From: Candidatus Woesearchaeota archaeon
GTDB taxonomy: Archaea > Nanobdellota > Nanobdellia > Woesearchaeales > UBA12501
Length of the DNA stretch: 64,000 bases
NCBI GenBank assembly: GCA_046484055.1
Contig: JAWOBY010000048.1
Location: 4,596-68,595, forward strand
Direction of reading: 5' to 3'
Shown: positions 41,746-50,342 of the stretch, piece after piece
How the letters are laid out: each line of letters opens with the position of its first letter
How positions within the stretch are numbered: the first letter of the stretch is position 1
Program-made: the position numbers and the translations under genes
The notes under the pieces: generated by a model
The model's database searches: none
What the model was told of the DNA's origin: nothing
What the model saw: only the letters and a program-made list of their open reading frames with translations

Positions 41746-42726
41746 TCACTTTCCCATGCTTCCTTCCCTGTAGAATTTTGCCGCTTCTTCAGGAGGCATA
41801 GTGTTTATTATGGTGCCGTTGAACTCGAAGCCCGCCCATGTTGATAGCCTCGGAAGCACCTCTATGTGGAAATGGAGATCCTCTCCTGCGGGCGATTCAT
41901 GGAGGACGTAATTGAAAGGCGCGTTGAGCTTCCTTAACCTGGACAGCACTCTCTTCATCATGCCCGCAAGGTCATTGAGTTTCGTTTCCCTCATCGATGT
42001 GATGCTCTTTATGTGCTGTTTAGGCAGGACCCATACCTCAAAAGGGAATCTCGGGGCGTAGGGTGCTATGGCTATGAAGCTGCGGTTCTCGAAACAGAGC
42101 CTTTCAGAGTCCTTCTCTATGTTGATCATGCAGCAGTAAGGGCAGACTCCCATCCTCTCCTTGTACGTCCGTGAGGCCTCTGCTTCATCCTCCACCACTG
42201 AGGGGATGTTGTTGTATGCTATCACCTGCGAGTGCGAGTGCACAAGGGATGTTCCCGCCTCTTTCCCCGAGTTCTTGAACACCTGCACATACCTTATCCC
42301 TTCAGACTTATGGAGCTCTTTTATCCTTAAAGAGTACACCTTCAATACCTCTGCAAGATCTTTAGGCGGAAGGTCCCATAGTTGTTTCCTGTGGTCGGGT
42401 GTCTCAACTATGACCTCATGCCTGCCGTAATTTGAGGAGGATGTGAAGAACTCATTCTCGGTATGCATCTCAGGGCTGCCTTCCTCGCTCACAGCAGCGA
42501 ACTTGTTGGGGAAGACCCGTATCTTCCAGTCCTTTTTCCCCCTCTTTTTCCCTTTCGGCACCCTCATTATCTCAGGGGGAGTCTCATCCTCATTGCCGGG
42601 GCAGAAAAAGCATTTCTTCACGGGCTGTTTTGTGTTCTCCTGCCTGAACTCGTGGGGCCTTTTGCCTCTTTCAGTGGCTATTATCACCCACCTGTCCAGT
42701 ATATAATCCTTCCTCATCTCCCCCAT
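41746..42726 (-). CDS. galT: galactose-1-phosphate uridylyltransferase-like HIT-family nucleotidyltransferase (GalT / ADP-glucose phosphorylase type)
   Basis: Zinc motif CFFCPGNE. Active-site SLVHSHSQVIAY (HxHxQ). Duplicated HIT-like halves. Confidence 0.8.
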   Translation of the reverse strand: MGEMRKDYILDRWVIIATERGKRPHEFRQENTKQPVKKCFFCPGNEDETPPEIMRVPKGKKRGKKDWKIRVFPNKFAAVSEEGSPEMHTENEFFTSSSNYGRHEVIVETPDHRKQLWDLPPKDLAEVLKVYSLRIKELHKSEGIRYVQVFKNSGKEAGTSLVHSHSQVIAYNNIPSVVEDEAEASRTYKERMGVCPYCCMINIEKDSERLCFENRSFIAIAPYAPRFPFEVWVLPKQHIKSITSMRETKLNDLAGMMKRVLSRLRKLNAPFNYVLHESPAGEDLHFHIEVLPRLSTWAGFEFNGTIINTMPPEEAAKFYREGSMGK

Positions 42727-42792
42727 ATGATCAATCCCTCCTCACTCTGCTGCCGGACCGGCATCCGATCTGCTGAAGTTATACTGCCTTCC

Positions 42793-44634
42793 TCATCTCC
42801 CCCAGACCGACTTGACAGAAAGGTCATGCGCCTTGTAATAATTGCTTATGAGGTCCTTCCAGTCTGCAAGGTTGGACGCTTCCTTGGCATGTATCTTCTG
42901 GTTGACCCTGCCTTTCTCATCAAGTTGCGTGTAGTTGTGCAGTATCTTTGTGAAATTCCTGATAATCTCTTCATAGGATTTGTGGAACCTCTTGAGTATG
43001 TAGACTCCGTTGTTCACGACCCCTTTCTGCATCAGGAACCTTCCGAACCCTCCCAGATCGGTTGTCAGTGAAGGGACGCCGAGCGCGGCGGATTCCAGAG
43101 GGGTGTAGCCCCAAGGCTCATAATAGCTCGGGAAGACTCCCAGATGGCATCCTGTTATCGCGTCGTAATAAGGGAGGTCTATGAGCCCGTCCACACCCGT
43201 GAGATATACAGGATAATGTATCACCTTGACCTTGTCATCCTCCTTGTTGTCCAGGCCTGTTTCCTCCAGCGTCCTCATTATGGCATCGTTCCCCTCATCA
43301 GGAAGGTTGTGGGTGACCATGAGGGGGTTGCCCTTCTTCATGAAATTCAGCCTTATCTTCTTGGCCTCAAGCAGGAAATCCTTGCTGAACAGTTTCTCCT
43401 GATGGAATCTCTTGAGGTCGTCCAGGGCCTCTGATTCGCAGGTCATGATGTTGTTGATCATCTTTTCCTTGATATCATCGATGTTCTCCTCAACGAAATC
43501 CTTTATCTGGTAATAATTGTTCTTGTTCAGGCTCAGTTCTGTCTTCGCTCCGTGGACCTCCCTCGGTATCCAGAAGAAAGCGACTATAGTCTTCCTGCTC
43601 TTCTCTTTCTTCATGATCTCATTGAGCTTTGCGAGGGCCTGGATGAATATATCTATCCCCTTGTTCTTGAATTCGTACCTGCCGACTATGAAGAACAGAA
43701 GGGTCTCGTTCAGGTCGAACCTGTAATGGGGGAAAAAGTAGTATGATATGAACTCCCTTATTATCTCCCTGTTCCTCCTGTGTTTTATCGCGCAGTCCTC
43801 ATATGTGGGGAACTTGGAGATGCCCAGGCCGTTGAGCAGAAGTACGTCAGGTTTCCTGCCCAGGATTTTCTCCGCTTCGATGCCTGTTATCTCGCTTACT
43901 GTGGTGAATGCATCAGCGTTCAGTGCGCACGCCTTCTCTGTGAGGTGTTTTGCCTCCACCCCCAGCTTGTAGGCCTCTTGCTGGGGGTCCATCTTTTCTA
44001 TCATCCCGTAAAGCGGCTTGCCGCTGCCCGCTATGCTCCTTCCCAGCATTGTCGCGTGCGTCGTGAACACATTGCCTGTCTTTATGCCCTTCTCCTTCCT
44101 CATCTTTTTGAGATGGAGCAGCATGAATCCTGTCATCCATTCATGCGCGTGGGCGACCACCTTCTTCTTGTTGTCCTTGTTGTTCCTGGAGCAGAACTCT
44201 TCCACCAGCTTTCCTGCTGCTGTGGACCATATCATCGGCTCTTCAAAGTCCCATCCTGCATTAATGCTGTCAATCTTATAATCATCCCAGTAATCGCTTT
44301 TGAGCTCGTCCTTTTTTGCAGCGAAACCGCTGAATTCAATCAGTATAACATTGGGCTCCCCTTTTATCTGCCATATCCCATAGTGGCATTTTATGCCTTC
44401 CTTGGCCAGGGCAGAGAACACTTTCCTGAATTCTGCAGGGGGTTTCTTCTCCATGAACACCTCCCTCGCTTTCTCCTCAATATAAGGGCCTATAAGGAAA
44501 TAGTTGGAGTACTTCTCTTTCAGAAGGGCGGCCTTTGACGTTATCACAGTGTAGATGCCCCCTACCTTGTTGCAGACCTCCCATGAGGCTTCGAAGAGAT
44601 AGTCAGCCTTTGTTTGCTTTGGTTTGCCGGCCAT
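42793..44634 (-). CDS. glycogen synthase, GT3 (eukaryote-type) family
   Basis: YLFEASWEVCNKVGGIYTVITSKAALLKEKYSNYFLIGPY is near-identical in pattern to the animal/fungal glycogen synthase N-terminus (FE.AWEVANKVGGIYTV). At 613 aa the length fits GT3. Confidence 0.8.
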   Translation of the reverse strand: MAGKPKQTKADYLFEASWEVCNKVGGIYTVITSKAALLKEKYSNYFLIGPYIEEKAREVFMEKKPPAEFRKVFSALAKEGIKCHYGIWQIKGEPNVILIEFSGFAAKKDELKSDYWDDYKIDSINAGWDFEEPMIWSTAAGKLVEEFCSRNNKDNKKKVVAHAHEWMTGFMLLHLKKMRKEKGIKTGNVFTTHATMLGRSIAGSGKPLYGMIEKMDPQQEAYKLGVEAKHLTEKACALNADAFTTVSEITGIEAEKILGRKPDVLLLNGLGISKFPTYEDCAIKHRRNREIIREFISYYFFPHYRFDLNETLLFFIVGRYEFKNKGIDIFIQALAKLNEIMKKEKSRKTIVAFFWIPREVHGAKTELSLNKNNYYQIKDFVEENIDDIKEKMINNIMTCESEALDDLKRFHQEKLFSKDFLLEAKKIRLNFMKKGNPLMVTHNLPDEGNDAIMRTLEETGLDNKEDDKVKVIHYPVYLTGVDGLIDLPYYDAITGCHLGVFPSYYEPWGYTPLESAALGVPSLTTDLGGFGRFLMQKGVVNNGVYILKRFHKSYEEIIRNFTKILHNYTQLDEKGRVNQKIHAKEASNLADWKDLISNYYKAHDLSVKSVWGR

Positions 44635-44883
44635 ACTCCTCTGGATTAATCCTCTGCTTTAAATATTTTTGACATTACTATCCGATACTCATTCCTCTCT
44701 GCACCCTGTACGGGGGTTTCCTATTCCTCCTGCCAGATGTTATACTCTTTCTCCATGTTCTATACTCTTTGTTTATCCTTTCTGCCGCAGGATCACTCAA
44801 ACAGCATCTGTCGGATTCTTATCCTTCCTCCTTGCCTCGCCCTCTCATATTTATAACCGCATCATTATAAACACATCATATAT

Positions 44884-44971
44884 TTAAAATAGAATTACCA
44901 TAAAATTAAAATGGCCATATAGAAACATTAAAATAATACCTACTTATGTTTAAAATAATTACATGGTGGGC
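44884..44971. repeat. four TTAAAAT boxes phased exactly 22 bp apart
   Basis: TTAAAAT starts at 44884, 44906, 44928 and 44950, read directly. Each unit also carries a (T)ACC(A)T-like element downstream. Confidence 0.55.
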
Positions 44972-45000
44972 CTATAATCTGGGCCAATTAGCCGCAATGT

Positions 45001-45043
45001 ATCCAGATCATATATCCAGATCATTCATCAAAGTAAATCCAGA
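45001..45043. repeat. three direct ATCCAGA repeats (first two as ATCCAGATCAT)
   Basis: ATCCAGATCAT occurs at 45001-11 and 45014-24. ATCCAGA occurs at 45037-43. Confidence 0.5.
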
Positions 45044-45313
45044 ACAAATTTAAGCCCTACCATATGGCTAAAATAAACCTAACATAATTATGTTATGGGC
45101 TTATAGTAATATTTTTGTAGTATTATAGTATTATCAAAATAGACACACCATAAGGCCAAAAATAAAAAAATTTATAAATGAATGTAGTTTTTTGTATATT
45201 GGTCTATGATTATGTCAACAAGGGAATTGGCATTGTACGCATAAGCCGGCCACAGCTATTAACCTCTGAAATATTGGGGCATAGAAGATATTGAGGCACA
45301 AAAAAGGATAAGC

Positions 45314-45595
45314 ATGAGTCCGAACAAGAGGAGATTCAGAGACATAAGGAATATTATCCTTGATAATCTTTCTACAGGACAGAAGACAATAAACCAGATA
45401 GCTTCTGAAACAGACATAAACTGGAAGACCGTGGACAACCATATCACCTACCTGATAGGGAAAGGGCTGGCAAGGGAGGTGTTCAGCAGCAAGTACGTAA
45501 GGATAATCGAGATAACAGAAAGGGGCTCCGAACGCCTCCACAAAGGGGAGACAGGCTCAATGTTCGAGAAGAAAGGCGAGGTGAGGATAGGGTGA
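45314..45595 (+). CDS. winged-helix transcriptional regulator heading the plus-strand glucan operon
   Basis: IRNIILDNLSTGQKTINQIASETDINWKTVDNHITYLIGKGLAREV is an ArsR/TrmB-like wHTH. The stop overlaps the next start (GTGA). Confidence 0.6.
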   Translation: MSPNKRRFRDIRNIILDNLSTGQKTINQIASETDINWKTVDNHITYLIGKGLAREVFSSKYVRIIEITERGSERLHKGETGSMFEKKGEVRIG

Positions 45596-46833
45596 GGGTG
45601 CTGATGTTCGGATGGGAATTCCCTCCTTACAACTCAGGGGGGCTGGGCACCGCATGCGAAGGGCTGGTCAAAGGCCTCTCAGAGAATGACACCCAAGTGA
45701 TATTCGTCGCGCCCAAGACACCTGAAAGCCCGAAGGGAGGGAACAGCAACGTTAAGCTCATATCGGCGATGGGCAGCATAAAGATCAGGCAGATAGATTC
45801 TATCGTTACACCTTACATGGGGGCTAATGAGTATTCCAGGGAGATCGATTCCCTTCCTCCTGAGAAGATGGACCTGTACGGCAGGGACCTCCACCATGCG
45901 GTATATCTGTTCTCAAAGAGAGGAGGTATAATAGCGAAGAATGAGCTGGGCAACTATGACATAATCCACTGCCATGACTGGCTGACATACAGGGCGGGGA
46001 TAGAGGCGAAGCGCATAAGCGGAAAACCGCTGGTTGTCCATGTGCATGCCACAGAATTCGACAGGACAGGAGGCAACGGCGTCAATGATTATGTGTACAG
46101 GCTTGAGAAGGAGGGCATGGCGAATGCGGACAGGGTGATAGCGGTGAGCAATTACACCAAGAACCTGGTTGTCCAGAATTACGGCATAGACCCCCGCAAG
46201 ATAGATGTGGTGCACAACGCAGTAGAGTTCAATGATTACAGATTCAAAGACGCAAGGATAATCGACGGGATGAAGACAGTACTCTTTCTGGGAAGGCTGA
46301 CGCTCCAGAAAGGGCCTGATTATTTTATCTACACCGCAAAGAGGGTGCTGGATGTGTTCCCTGATGTGAGGTTCATAATGGCCGGAAGCGGTGACATGAG
46401 CCCTTTTGTGGTGCAGAAGGCCGCGGACATGGGCATAGCTGATAAGGTCCTTTTCACCGGATTCCTCAAGGGGGCTGATGTGGACAGGGCTTTCCAGATG
46501 GCTGACCTGTATGTGATGCCCTCTGTCAGCGAGCCTTTCGGAATAACACCCCTCGAGTCGCTGAGGAACAATGTGCCTGTCATAGTGTCAAATCAGAGCG
46601 GCATATCAGAAGTGCTCAGGAACGCGCTCAAGGTCGATTTTTGGGACATCGACGAGACAGCCAACAAGATAATATCCGTCCTGAGGTACAGCGAGCTGCA
46701 CGATGAATTGAGGGATAACGGGAGCGAAGAGATAAAAAGATTCAACTGGGGGCATCCCGCCAGGAAATGCATAAGAGTCTATAACTCCCTCGCAGGCAAA
46801 GCAGGGCCCCTCCCGAAAACACTGGCTTCATGA
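45592..46833 (+). CDS. GT4/GT5-type glycosyltransferase (archaeal glycogen synthase-like)
   Basis: MRVLMFGWEFPPYNSGGLGTACEGL resembles the archaeal GlgA N-terminus. The C-terminal SVSEPFGITPLESL is a GT-B motif. Confidence 0.75.
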   Translation: MRVLMFGWEFPPYNSGGLGTACEGLVKGLSENDTQVIFVAPKTPESPKGGNSNVKLISAMGSIKIRQIDSIVTPYMGANEYSREIDSLPPEKMDLYGRDLHHAVYLFSKRGGIIAKNELGNYDIIHCHDWLTYRAGIEAKRISGKPLVVHVHATEFDRTGGNGVNDYVYRLEKEGMANADRVIAVSNYTKNLVVQNYGIDPRKIDVVHNAVEFNDYRFKDARIIDGMKTVLFLGRLTLQKGPDYFIYTAKRVLDVFPDVRFIMAGSGDMSPFVVQKAADMGIADKVLFTGFLKGADVDRAFQMADLYVMPSVSEPFGITPLESLRNNVPVIVSNQSGISEVLRNALKVDFWDIDETANKIISVLRYSELHDELRDNGSEEIKRFNWGHPARKCIRVYNSLAGKAGPLPKTLAS

Positions 46834-46901
46834 TTGAGGTGAATATATCAGGTTTTGAAGAAAATGACTGAAAAGGATAACAAAAAACGGGGTGGAGAAT
46901 A

Positions 46902-48152
46902 ATGGTGAGCGTCTGTTTCTATTTCCAGGTGCATCAGCCTTACAGGCTCAGGAACTATTCGGTCTTTGATATAGGGAGGGACATGGAGAAGAAGAACAGC
47001 TATTTCGATAACAAGAAAAACATAGAAGTGATGCACAAGATAGGGAAAAAATGCTATCTTCCGATGAACCAGCTCCTCCTTGACGCCATAGAACAGCATA
47101 AGGGCGATGAGAAGGAGTTCAAGGTCTCATTCTCGCTGACAGGCACCGCGATGGAGCAGTTCGAGCAGTATTATCCTGATGTCCTGCAGAGCTTCAGGGA
47201 TCTGGCGAAGACCAAAAGGGTGGAGTTCCTTTCCGAAACATACCACCACAGCCTCTCATTCCTCCACTCAAAAGATGAGTTCAGGGAGCAGGTGGACATG
47301 CACAGGAAGCACATAAAGAAGACATTCGGATTCAGGCCCTCGATCTTCAGGAACACAGAGCTGATATACAACAATGAGATGGCAAGGTTCGTGGAGGGCA
47401 TGGGGTACAAGGGCATGCTCGCCGAAGGGTGGGACAACTGCCTCGGCTGGAGGAGCCCGAACTTCATCTACAGGCCTGCCGGATGCAGCAGCATGAAGCT
47501 GCTCCTCAAGAACTACAGGCTCAGCGATGACATAGCATTCAGGTTCTCCAACAAGGGATGGAATGAATGGCCGCTTACAGTGGAGAAATACATGGACTGG
47601 ATAAATTCGGTAAATGGCAACGGGACAAACATAAACCTCTTCATGGACTATGAGACCTTCGGGGAGCACCAATGGAAGGACACAGGGATATTCGATTTCA
47701 TGAGAAAACTGCCTGAAGCAGTGCTCAATCACAATGACAATGACTTCAGGCTCCCTTCAGAGATTATCAGGAAGCACAAGCCGGTGGGGGAGCTGGACGT
47801 GCCTTTCACCCTCTCATGGGCTGATGTCGAGAGGGACCTGTCCGCGTGGCTCGGCAACAGCATGCAGCAATCCGCCATACAGAAGCTTTACCAGCTGGAG
47901 AGGGACATCAAGAGACTGGGTGACAAAGAGCTCCTTGACGCGTGGAGGAAGATGCAGACCAGCGACCACTTCTATTACATGTGCACTAAATACTTCTCGG
48001 ATGGTGATGTCCATAAATATTTTAATCCTTACGATAACCCTTATGACGGTTTTATAACCTTCATGAACATAATCAACGATCTCATACTCAGGATGAAAAA
48101 GAAGGACGGGAGCCTCTACCTCAATGAGAAAAAGCCATTGCTCAGTGTTTGA
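46902..48152 (+). CDS. glycoside hydrolase family 57 protein (alpha-amylase / glucanotransferase / branching type)
   Basis: SD GGTGGAG. VCFYFQVHQPYRLRNY and ETFGEHQW are GH57 signatures. Confidence 0.8.
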   Translation: MVSVCFYFQVHQPYRLRNYSVFDIGRDMEKKNSYFDNKKNIEVMHKIGKKCYLPMNQLLLDAIEQHKGDEKEFKVSFSLTGTAMEQFEQYYPDVLQSFRDLAKTKRVEFLSETYHHSLSFLHSKDEFREQVDMHRKHIKKTFGFRPSIFRNTELIYNNEMARFVEGMGYKGMLAEGWDNCLGWRSPNFIYRPAGCSSMKLLLKNYRLSDDIAFRFSNKGWNEWPLTVEKYMDWINSVNGNGTNINLFMDYETFGEHQWKDTGIFDFMRKLPEAVLNHNDNDFRLPSEIIRKHKPVGELDVPFTLSWADVERDLSAWLGNSMQQSAIQKLYQLERDIKRLGDKELLDAWRKMQTSDHFYYMCTKYFSDGDVHKYFNPYDNPYDGFITFMNIINDLILRMKKKDGSLYLNEKKPLLSV

Positions 48153-48243
48153 GAGGGGATGATTGAGGAGGGATGATAAAGGCCATTCATCAACAAAATA
48201 TATAAAGCAGGCCGTCATTGGCATACAAAAGAGGGGTGTTAGA

Positions 48244-48711
48244 TTGCCGAAAAAGAGAGCGAAAGCTAAAACCGCTTCAAAAAAAGGGGCGAAAAAAGGA
48301 AGGGCCGCAGGCAGAACAATGGCGGCAGGTAAAAGGCTTAAGGCCGGCAAGGGGGCAGGGAGTAAGACGGCCAAAAAAGCCGGAGCCGGAAGCTCTGCCA
48401 GAGAGCCGTCCACAAGGGCCCCTGCAAAAAAGAAGCTTTTCTACTGGGAGAACACTGTGCCTGAGCAGTTCTCATTCCATGCGCATGACGGAAGGACATT
48501 AAGGACACTCAAGGATCTTGCTGAAGCCCTTGACGACATGAGCGACGGGACATTCGCCCATCACGCGAACAGGGAAAAGAACGATTTCAGCAGCTGGATA
48601 AAGGATATAATGAACTATCATGATCTTGCCCATAATATGCTCGGGAAAAACAGGCCTGAAACAAAGAGAGCGATAATCGCGTACCTGAAAAAGCAGTCAG
48701 GCAGGAAATGA
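48244..48711 (+). CDS. K/A/G-rich protein with conserved unknown domain (paralogue 1)
   Basis: A TTG at 48244 is preceded by GAGGGGTG, with a TATATAAAG box further upstream. The domain is FSFHAHDGRTLRTLKDLAEALDDMSDGTFAHHANREKNDFSSWIKD. The maximal ORF starts at 48163. Confidence 0.55.
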   Translation: MPKKRAKAKTASKKGAKKGRAAGRTMAAGKRLKAGKGAGSKTAKKAGAGSSAREPSTRAPAKKKLFYWENTVPEQFSFHAHDGRTLRTLKDLAEALDDMSDGTFAHHANREKNDFSSWIKDIMNYHDLAHNMLGKNRPETKRAIIAYLKKQSGRK

Positions 48712-48772
48712 ACTGGATTCCCGGCTGTATAGAAACAGTCATATCAAGTTTGCAAAAAAAAGAGGTGTGAAA

Positions 48773-49177
48773 ATGGTAATGCCGGAAAAAGCAGAAGCCC
48801 TGCTGGAGGACACGAAGGGAGGGGATGATTTCAAGCTGCACATGGGATCTGACATAAAGAACCTGAAGCAGCTTGCAGAAGCCCTTGACATAATGGCAGA
48901 GGACACCTTCAGGCACCACGTCAGCGGGAAGAAGAACGACTTCGCCTCATGGATAAGGCACTCCATCGGCGACGAGGAACTCGCCAGGAGCATAGAGAAG
49001 CTGAAAAGCAGGAAGAAGATCGCGGAAAAGGTCAGGAGGAGGGTCAGCTTCCTCGAGAGGAAGAGAGGCCAGAAAGTGTCATGCCACAAGGACTTCCTGA
49101 CATGCGGCGTGACTGATTTTGCGCTCGGAGTGGTTGTGGGCTTCATAATCGGGATGATAATAGCAGTGGTGATATGA
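48773..49177 (+). CDS. unknown-domain protein (paralogue 2) with C-terminal TM anchor
   Basis: SD AGAGGTG. The domain is FKLHMGSDIKNLKQLAEALDIMAEDTFRHHVSGKKNDFASWIRH. The C-terminal TM segment is FALGVVVGFIIGMIIAVVI. Confidence 0.55.
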   Translation: MVMPEKAEALLEDTKGGDDFKLHMGSDIKNLKQLAEALDIMAEDTFRHHVSGKKNDFASWIRHSIGDEELARSIEKLKSRKKIAEKVRRRVSFLERKRGQKVSCHKDFLTCGVTDFALGVVVGFIIGMIIAVVI

Positions 49178-49181
49178 GGCG

Positions 49182-49766
49182 ATGATGCAATCCACAGGTA
49201 TCAGCAGGGAAATGATGGGAAAATCAGCAGTATTTGCGGTGTCACTGCTCGTACTGGCATGCATCACCGCATGCACGAGCACGGAGGTGGTAGATCTCAA
49301 TATGACATCCAACAACACAGTCAATACTACGAAGTTCACACCTTCTAACACGTCGTCTGACAGGACAGGGGAGGGCACCAACCGCACAGGTGAAAAAAGC
49401 ATTCCTGTGGCGGATGACAGGGAAATAATAGAGGGCCTATGCACAGAGAAAGTGCTTCTGGCCATCCGCGGCTGCAGGTGGAGCAGTGATTCTGATAACC
49501 TCGAGATAAGCATAAAGAACAACGGATTCAGGAATGTGACCATGGCCTTCTATTTTTACGCCGATGGCCGGCAGGTAGGCAGCATGTTCAGCGAGAACAT
49601 CTTCACCCCCAAGGAGGAAAAGACATACAATCTCCCCATGAAAGACCTGCAGGAGCAGTACGGGAGCATAAAGAAGATACACGCGACACCCATACTTGAT
49701 GAGGGGGGGAAGATCACATCATGCTCCAACAAGAAGCTTCCGATTCTTGTTCAGGGATGCAGTTGA
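49182..49766 (+). CDS. putative secreted protein or lipoprotein
   Basis: Signal-like AVFAVSLLVLACITACTS with Cys after the hydrophobic core. The C-terminus is beta-rich. No recognised family. Confidence 0.5.
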   Translation: MMQSTGISREMMGKSAVFAVSLLVLACITACTSTEVVDLNMTSNNTVNTTKFTPSNTSSDRTGEGTNRTGEKSIPVADDREIIEGLCTEKVLLAIRGCRWSSDSDNLEISIKNNGFRNVTMAFYFYADGRQVGSMFSENIFTPKEEKTYNLPMKDLQEQYGSIKKIHATPILDEGGKITSCSNKKLPILVQGCS

Positions 49767-49834
49767 AAAAGCTTATGCCATTAGGGTGCAGGGCGAGGGC
49801 ATCTAATGGGAAAGCATCAGGATAAAGGGATACA

Positions 49835-50272
49835 TTGGGCAGGCCATTTATACTCGCGGACATCATGGATTTCAGTTCTGATGAGGGGGATGATTCTTCA
49901 GATGACCCTCTCAAGAACTTGATGCATCGCAGGAGATACGGGCTGGGGGATGAGGCTGAGCGCAACTTCCTGGCATACAATCCTTCAGGGTATGGCGGAA
50001 ACGGCAGTTACATAATGAGAGATTTTATGGGGCAGTTAAGCGAATGCAGCAGCGGGCAGATAGAGGGTTTCATTGAGCTTATGTTCCCCGGCCATGGCGA
50101 TGGCTGCGCTGACGGGAAGGGATTTGAGGATGATCTTGAGGGAATGATGAAGTTAAGGTCCATGGATGGGGTTGTCTTCTACAGCCCGCTGCTGAGGGAC
50201 GGGAACCGCAGGGCCCCTCTGGATGAGGATGATATGAGGTTTCTTGAGGATAATTATATCCGCGAGGTCTGA
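49835..50272 (+). CDS. hypothetical acidic protein
   Basis: 145-aa ORF. No recognised motif. Start uncertain. Confidence 0.4.
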   Translation: MGRPFILADIMDFSSDEGDDSSDDPLKNLMHRRRYGLGDEAERNFLAYNPSGYGGNGSYIMRDFMGQLSECSSGQIEGFIELMFPGHGDGCADGKGFEDDLEGMMKLRSMDGVVFYSPLLRDGNRRAPLDEDDMRFLEDNYIREV

Positions 50273-50342
50273 TATGAAACTATCTCAATGATAGGTGAAT
50301 CGGAACGCTCATACAAAGAAACATTTTAGGATTCTGCCGGGC

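Noticed and set aside
43780-44538. 252-aa plus-strand ORF inside the GT3 glycogen synthase gene
   Set aside because: It is antisense to a confidently recognised gene, and its Cys/His/Leu-rich composition is not protein-like.
44669-44887. 72-aa plus-strand ORF in the AT-rich intergenic hub
   Set aside because: It starts with TTG and has no SD. Its composition is Pro/Ser/Cys-rich, and it lies in the promoter region of the divergent glycogen synthase gene.
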